IMG/VR virus record: IMGVR_UViG_3300029988_000010
Location: 1 to 57,979 of that record
Length of the DNA: 57,979 nt
Reading direction: 5' to 3' (one strand)
Origin: a virus
Lineage: Duplodnaviria; Caudoviricetes
The notes under the pieces were generated by a model. The model worked only from the letters and a program-made list of their open reading frames with translations. It ran no database searches and was not told where the DNA came from. A program made the translations under genes and the position numbers. Positions 52,411 through 57,979 of the stretch are shown piece by piece. The first letter of the stretch is position 1; every line of letters starts with the position of its first letter.

Positions 52411-52700
52411 TCAAGGAATCCATCAACCTCCTCGGGCGCCGCGCGATCGACAGGGTCACCAAGTTTAAGGGAACCGTCACCTCCGTATGTTTCGATCTGT
52501 TCGGCTGCGTCCAGATCGCGTTGACGCCGCCCGCAAACACCAAGGGCGAGCTTCCCGATGGCCGATGGTTCGACGTCAACCGGCTGACAGTCTTTGCGCG
52601 CGACATTGAGGCAATGCCTGTTCCCGACTTCGACGCCAAGGCGCGGGAGCCGGCTGACTATGGACATGGCGCCGCCGAAAAGCCGGCGATGGCGCGCTGA
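52407..52700 (+). CDS. Hypothetical phage protein
   Basis: LLGRRAIDRVTKFKGTVT...LFGC.Q...WFD; coupled. Confidence 0.7.
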   Translation: MIKESINLLGRRAIDRVTKFKGTVTSVCFDLFGCVQIALTPPANTKGELPDGRWFDVNRLTVFARDIEAMPVPDFDAKAREPADYGHGAAEKPAMAR

Positions 52701-54799
52701 TGACCGATCAGCTCTCCCCCCTCGCCGTCCAGAACGCGCCGCTGCTGCGGGCCATCGCCTCGGGCACCTACGGCTCCCGCGCCGAACTGGCTGGCGCGGC
52801 GGACATCGTCGTCAACAATCTCAACCGCAAGCTGGAAAGCCTGCTGGCCGAGGGGTTGATCGTCTCCTGCGGCGACGCGACCTATGAGGTCGAACTGACC
52901 GATCTGGCGCGGCGCGCGCTGGCGGCCGTCGACGTGTTCGATGGCGCTCCAGCGACGGTCAACCAGCTCGCCGAACAGACGCTGATCCCGCTGGAGCTGC
53001 TCGACTTCAGTCCGTTCAATCCCCGCCGCGACGCGAGCCAATCCGACCTGCCGGCGCTAGCCGCGTCCATCGCCGACAAGGGCGTGATGCAGCCGATCAT
53101 GGTGCGGCCGATCCGCGCTCTCGGCCGCGAGGTTCGGTTCGAGATCATCATGGGTGAGCGGAGGGTGCGCGCCTCGCGTCTGGCGGTCGAACAGGGCTTG
53201 GTGAAACCGACCTTCGCCATACCCGCCCAGGTCCGCGACATGACCGACGACGAGGCTTTCGAAGCCGCCGGCGTCGAGAACTTGCATCGCGAGGATTTCC
53301 ACTGGCTGGACGAGGCGGAATGGTATCTCGGCCTCGCCGAACGCGGGCGATCTGCGGCGCAGATCATCCGCCTGATCGGCGAAGGCGGCCGCAAGAAGCG
53401 CACCATCCAGCAGTTCATCCAGGTCGCCCGCGAACTGGACGAAGACGCCAAGCGCCGAGCACGGCTGCCCGAGGGCGATCTGCGGCGCCTGTCGCTGGAG
53501 CAGGCCCGGTTCATGGTCGGCAACCGCCGCGAACGCCCGGCGCTGGAGCTATCGCCGAAGATGGCGCTGGCGATGGTCGAGCTGATCTTCTCCCGGCGCG
53601 AAGGCGAGTTGAAGGTCGGCGACGGCGTCATCGTCACCCCGTTGCACAAGCGTCCCCAAGGCGGCGCGCTGACCATTCTGGCGGACCGAAGCCTGACCCG
53701 CTTCACCGTGGCGCCCGGCGGCGTCATCGAGGCGCGCACGGCCTACACCGTCGACCTCGACAAGTGGCTGACCCAGATCGGCTTCATCACCGATCCCGCC
53801 AAGGCGCTCCACCAGGTCCGCGCCGCCGCCGTCGGCGAGCTGGCCGCGGCCCGCGTATCCGACGGGCAGTACCTGACGCCCGAACTTAACCCGCCGGAAC
53901 GTGTCGAACCGTCCGCGAGCCTCATGGGTGACGATGACGAACAGGTCGCGGAGGACGACGACGGCTTCCTGGATGATGATGACGCCTATGAAGCCGCCAT
54001 GGGCGACTTCCGCGCCAGAATCGACGATCTGGACGCCACCCCCTCAACCACTTATCCCGACGGCGGCGCGGCGCCCATAGTCGCGGTCGCACCTCTGATC
54101 CAAGTCGCGCCGGCCCACGCCCTGGTGATCAGCGAGCTGGCGCACGCGCTCCAGCGCCAGACCGAAACCGTCACCCCAGAGTCAGCTGGCGCCGCGCCGA
54201 GCGTGGCGATCCGCAACAGCTACTACAAGGACCCCATCGCCCAGGCGATGATCCACGACCGCCTGCTGATGTTCCTGACCCAGGGACCAAGCACCTATGC
54301 GGCCCTGACGCCCCGCGCCTATGCGTGGCTCGATCAGATCGGCGTCGATACTGACGAGGCCGGGCGCTTCGACATCAGCGACGACTCGCTGCGGTTCCAG
54401 CAGCTGCAACTGGGGCTGCCTGCCGGCCGCCATACCTACATGACCGAATGGCTACGCCCGGCTGAGCCGGAGGCCGCGCACGCCGTGCGCGACACGGAAG
54501 AACCGCTCAGCCCGGCGCAGGGCTCGCCCCACGGACCTGGCGGTTTCGTCGGCGACGCCTTCAGCCAGCAGCTGCGCGAGTCCGCCGACTCGGCGAGCGC
54601 CCAGACCCCGGTCGCGCCGACCTCGGTCCCGGCCGGAGTCCTGCAACGCCTGCTCGCCGCCGCGCGCGAAGCCAAGCGGCTGGTCGAACTGGGCACGACG
54701 ACGCGGCTCAAGACCGAAAGCGCCGAGCCCGGGCTGGCCATGCTCGCCGGCGCGATGGGTGACGCCGAGCGCGCGCTCGCGCCCAAGGCGGCGTCATGA
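52700..54799 (+). CDS. ParB/RepB/Spo0J-domain protein with N-terminal wHTH
   Basis: NPRR, LAASIADKGVMQPIMVR, GERRVRA, ENLHREDF. Confidence 0.85.
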   Translation: MTDQLSPLAVQNAPLLRAIASGTYGSRAELAGAADIVVNNLNRKLESLLAEGLIVSCGDATYEVELTDLARRALAAVDVFDGAPATVNQLAEQTLIPLELLDFSPFNPRRDASQSDLPALAASIADKGVMQPIMVRPIRALGREVRFEIIMGERRVRASRLAVEQGLVKPTFAIPAQVRDMTDDEAFEAAGVENLHREDFHWLDEAEWYLGLAERGRSAAQIIRLIGEGGRKKRTIQQFIQVARELDEDAKRRARLPEGDLRRLSLEQARFMVGNRRERPALELSPKMALAMVELIFSRREGELKVGDGVIVTPLHKRPQGGALTILADRSLTRFTVAPGGVIEARTAYTVDLDKWLTQIGFITDPAKALHQVRAAAVGELAAARVSDGQYLTPELNPPERVEPSASLMGDDDEQVAEDDDGFLDDDDAYEAAMGDFRARIDDLDATPSTTYPDGGAAPIVAVAPLIQVAPAHALVISELAHALQRQTETVTPESAGAAPSVAIRNSYYKDPIAQAMIHDRLLMFLTQGPSTYAALTPRAYAWLDQIGVDTDEAGRFDISDDSLRFQQLQLGLPAGRHTYMTEWLRPAEPEAAHAVRDTEEPLSPAQGSPHGPGGFVGDAFSQQLRESADSASAQTPVAPTSVPAGVLQRLLAAAREAKRLVELGTTTRLKTESAEPGLAMLAGAMGDAERALAPKAAS

Positions 54800-55116
54800 G
54801 CGACCTGCGCCTCGCGGAATTGCAACGCCTCGGCTCATGCGCGGTCTGCGGCAAGCAGCAGCTGGCGAGCGCCTTGCCATTGTTCTACGTCGTGGAAATC
54901 TCCCGAGCGGGCTTTGACGCCGGGGCCGTTCGGCGCGCCGCCGGCCTGGAGATGCAGATCGGCGCGCTCGCCTCGGTGATGGGTCCCGACGAAACGCTGG
55001 CCAAGGTCATCGACGGCCCGCACCGCGTGTTCGTCCACGAAACCTGCGCCGGCGATGTCGGGCATCTGCTCTGCCTCATCCCCGCTGAAACGTCAGACGA
55101 AGCGGTCGAGCCGTGA
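54796..55116 (+). CDS. Hypothetical protein (CxxC...HxxC)
   Basis: Coupled at both ends. Confidence 0.6.
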   Translation: MSDLRLAELQRLGSCAVCGKQQLASALPLFYVVEISRAGFDAGAVRRAAGLEMQIGALASVMGPDETLAKVIDGPHRVFVHETCAGDVGHLLCLIPAETSDEAVEP

Positions 55117-57077
55117 CCGCCCGCAAGCTCCTCGTCGCCGACCTCCTCTGCGGCGCCGGCGGTTCCTCCACCGGCTGCGAGCGCGCCTTGGCGGACCTCG
55201 GCCGCGAGATGGAGCTGGTTTGCGTCAACCACTGGCCCACAGCCATCGAGACGCACCGCCGCATGCATCCCCGCGCGCGACACTACGTGCAGGACATCGC
55301 GACCGTGCGCCCGCACCTGCTGGTGCCGGAGGGCTATCTCGACCTGCTGATGGCCTCGCCCACCTGCACCCACCATTCGGTGGCGCGCGGCGGCAAGCCG
55401 ACCTCCGACCAGCAGCGCAGCGACCCCTGGCACATCATCACCTGGCTGACCGAGCTGCGGGTCAAGCGGATCATCATCGAGAATGTCTGGGAATTCGTAA
55501 AATGGGGTCCGGTCGATCCCAAGACGATGAAGCCGATCAAGGAGCGCGAGGGCGAATACTTCCGCGCCTGGATCGACACCCTTTGTCGCCTGCGATTCGA
55601 GCCGGAATGGCGCAAGCTAAACGCCGCCGACTATGGCGATGCCACCACCCGCCAGCGCTTCATCCTCATGGCCCGCAGCGACGGGCGGCGGGTGGTCTAT
55701 CCGGCGACGACCCACATGAAACACCCGCCGAAAGGGGTCGCGCTCGCGCCGACACTGACGTCCTGGCGCCCCGCGCGGGAGATCATCGACTTTTCGATCC
55801 GGGGGCGGTCGATCTTCAACCGCAAGAAAGACCTCGCACCCAAGACCATGGCCCGGATCTACGCCGGCGCGGTCAAGTTCGGTTGGCCCGCGCCCTATCT
55901 GGTGATCCTGCGCAACCACATGGCCGCGCGGGGGCTGGATCTGCCGGTCCCGACCATCGCCGCGAACGGGCTGCATATCGGGCTCGCCGAACCGGTGATC
56001 GTCAACCTCAAGGGCCGATCGACCGTTTCGGACGTCAACGAGCCGCTGCCGACGCAGACCGCCCATGCGGGCCACCTGTTCGCGGCCGAGGCGCTCATCC
56101 TGTCGACCCATAGCGGCGCGCCCCGGTCGGCGACCGATCCGCTTCCGGCGCTTACCACAGGCGGGGCCGGAGACGCCAACCACCCTGGCTGCGCGCGGCC
56201 GATGTTGGTCCAGCCCTTCATCGCCACAGTTGCGCACGGGACGGAGGATGGCGACACAGAGGGCCGGCGCTCTCACAGCCTCGACGATCCCCTCGGTGTC
56301 CAGCACGCTGGCGGCGGAACGTTCGCGCTCATTGAGCCCTTCATCCTGTCGCAGGCGTCGGGCGGCTCCCCGCGCGCGATTTCCGAGCCAAGCCCCTCGA
56401 CGCCGACCCATGGCGCTGCCGCGCTGATCGCGGCCTACTATTCGACGGGCGGCGCCGCGAACGTGCGAACCGACGCCGAGCCGCTAAGCCCGATCACCAC
56501 CAGAGACCGCCTGAGCCTGATCGTGCCGGTGACGCACACCCAACGCGGCAACCAGGCGCGCGACACCGCCGATCCGCTGCCGACGATGACCACGGCCAAG
56601 GGCGGCGAGTTCGCCATGGTCCTGCCGGTCACCCATCACGACAGCAGCGACCGGGTGCGCGACGACGGTGAGCCTCTTCCGACCGTGACCGGCGCCAACC
56701 GCGGCGAACTGGCCTTCATCACCGCCCAGCATGGTGAACGCGCCGGCCAGCCGCCGCGCGTGCACAGTGTTGGGGCGCCGACGCCGACGGTCGCGGCGAC
56801 AGGCCATGTCGATCTCGTTGAAGGCATCGTTGTCGACGGTGTCCGCTACGACATCCTGTTCCGCATGCTGGAGCCGCACGAGCTGGCGGCGGCGATGGGC
56901 TTCACCTCCGAAGATCAGGCCTACGAATTCGCCGGCACCAAGACCGACCAGATCAAGCAGATCGGCAACGCCGTAGCCGTCTCGATGATGAAGGCCTGCG
57001 TCGGCGCGATCATGGCCGACGCCGCGCCACGCAAGCGGCCAGCGTCGCCCGAAGCCCTCAGCGAGGAAGCCGCGTGA
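55113..57077 (+). CDS. DNA cytosine-5 methyltransferase with repetitive variable region
   Basis: DLLCGAGG, SPTC, ENV, R.R.I, QIGNAV. Confidence 0.9.
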   Translation: MTARKLLVADLLCGAGGSSTGCERALADLGREMELVCVNHWPTAIETHRRMHPRARHYVQDIATVRPHLLVPEGYLDLLMASPTCTHHSVARGGKPTSDQQRSDPWHIITWLTELRVKRIIIENVWEFVKWGPVDPKTMKPIKEREGEYFRAWIDTLCRLRFEPEWRKLNAADYGDATTRQRFILMARSDGRRVVYPATTHMKHPPKGVALAPTLTSWRPAREIIDFSIRGRSIFNRKKDLAPKTMARIYAGAVKFGWPAPYLVILRNHMAARGLDLPVPTIAANGLHIGLAEPVIVNLKGRSTVSDVNEPLPTQTAHAGHLFAAEALILSTHSGAPRSATDPLPALTTGGAGDANHPGCARPMLVQPFIATVAHGTEDGDTEGRRSHSLDDPLGVQHAGGGTFALIEPFILSQASGGSPRAISEPSPSTPTHGAAALIAAYYSTGGAANVRTDAEPLSPITTRDRLSLIVPVTHTQRGNQARDTADPLPTMTTAKGGEFAMVLPVTHHDSSDRVRDDGEPLPTVTGANRGELAFITAQHGERAGQPPRVHSVGAPTPTVAATGHVDLVEGIVVDGVRYDILFRMLEPHELAAAMGFTSEDQAYEFAGTKTDQIKQIGNAVAVSMMKACVGAIMADAAPRKRPASPEALSEEAA

Positions 57078-57289
57078 TGCGCCAGGAATTCCTTCGCGAG
57101 GCCGGCGCGGCCATCGAACGCGCCCACAACTGGCTGCGCCATGCCGAGCTGGCGCGCGAGATCGGTCGCCCGTGGGCCGACTGCCTCGACTTCGCCCGCC
57201 TCTGCCTCACCGAGGCGACCGAGTACGTCGCCCACGCCCAACGGATCGACGCCCGCGCGCCCATCCATTCCATCCAGCAGCGCCTCTAA
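57077..57289 (+). CDS. Hypothetical protein
   Basis: TGATG coupling. Confidence 0.55.
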   Translation: MRQEFLREAGAAIERAHNWLRHAELAREIGRPWADCLDFARLCLTEATEYVAHAQRIDARAPIHSIQQRL

Positions 57290-57304
57290 CCAAAAGGGAA
57301 AACC

Positions 57305-57979
57305 ATGTCCAGTTCAACCACCATCAGCCTCGCCGACGTCACCCCGGAAATCGCCGCCGATAGCATCATGGCCTTCGCCCGCGAGGGCCGTTTGGTCCAA
57401 GGCCGATGGCACGGCCGGGGCGGCGGCGACGACGGAGCGGGCCGCGAGATCGCTTGCCTGCTCGGCTCGATCCATCCCGATATTAACGGGACCGGCGACT
57501 GCCCCGCATCGCTGATGCCGCGCTGGATGGCGCACCTGACCGTGCGCCTGTTCGACGGCGTTCCAGCGGCCACCGTGCGTCACTACGGCGAGGCCTACGC
57601 CACACGCATGCATCGCTGGGGCGCTCTCGATGGCGCCGGCTGGGAGCGCATCCGCAAGGCCTTCATCAGCGAGGTCATGTCCGGCGCGATGAAGCGCGCC
57701 GAGGAATTGGCGAAGGGCCACACGTCGCCACTGCTGACCGAGATCCGCACGGTCACCGACGAACTGCTGGCGATGCTCATGGGCGGTGTCGCGACTTGGT
57801 CAGAATACCGCGCCCTTCGAGATCGCGCCGCCAAACTGCGCTCAAAGGCCTGGACGGAATACCACGCCGCGCGCTCTCGCGCGGAGGTGGCGGCGGCGGC
57901 GGCGGTGGCGGCGGTGGCGGTGGTGGCGGCGGTGGAGGTGGCGGCGGTGGAGGTGGTGGCGGCGGCGGAGGTGGCGGCG
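57305..57979 (+). CDS. 5' part of junction-spanning hypothetical protein
   Basis: AAGGGA SD; open to the window end and continues in frame to 335. Confidence 0.8.
   Translation, partial: MSSSTTISLADVTPEIAADSIMAFAREGRLVQGRWHGRGGGDDGAGREIACLLGSIHPDINGTGDCPASLMPRWMAHLTVRLFDGVPAATVRHYGEAYATRMHRWGALDGAGWERIRKAFISEVMSGAMKRAEELAKGHTSPLLTEIRTVTDELLAMLMGGVATWSEYRALRDRAAKLRSKAWTEYHAARSRAEVAAAAAVAAVAVVAAVEVAAVEVVAAAEVAA
57840..57965. repeat. Terminal direct repeat, right copy
   Basis: Identical to 1-126. Confidence 0.95.

Overview
The window looks like a complete, circularly permuted genome (about 57.8 kb) of a temperate, high-GC tailed phage; its ends overlap by 126 identical bases inside a low-complexity repeat. 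An alphaproteobacterial host is inferred from the GTA-like tail-tip module. The immunity region (cro/cI, 50.0-51.0 kb) separates two arms. The rightward early arm carries an ACP-like gene, a ParB-domain gene, a C5 methyltransferase, ASCH, DHH, AlpA and a large serine integrase. The leftward arm carries an N4/N6 methyltransferase, beta clamp, SNF2 helicase, an initiator with iterons and a NusG paralog. It continues into a late operon with HNH, terminase, portal, two capsid paralogs, a glyco-enzyme cassette, tail genes, and a lysis module with a PLD and a lipase. The most notable unexplained signal is a family of about 21 bulged hairpins. They share a near-invariant CAAGCA/G(G/A)T internal loop with co-varying stems, sit at late-operon gene junctions in both orientations, and one lies in frame inside terL. 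Related signals are nine exact copies of a 17-bp palindrome across the genome and a 58-59 nt leader shared by the major capsid and tail-tube genes. All calls were made by eye; no database searches were run.
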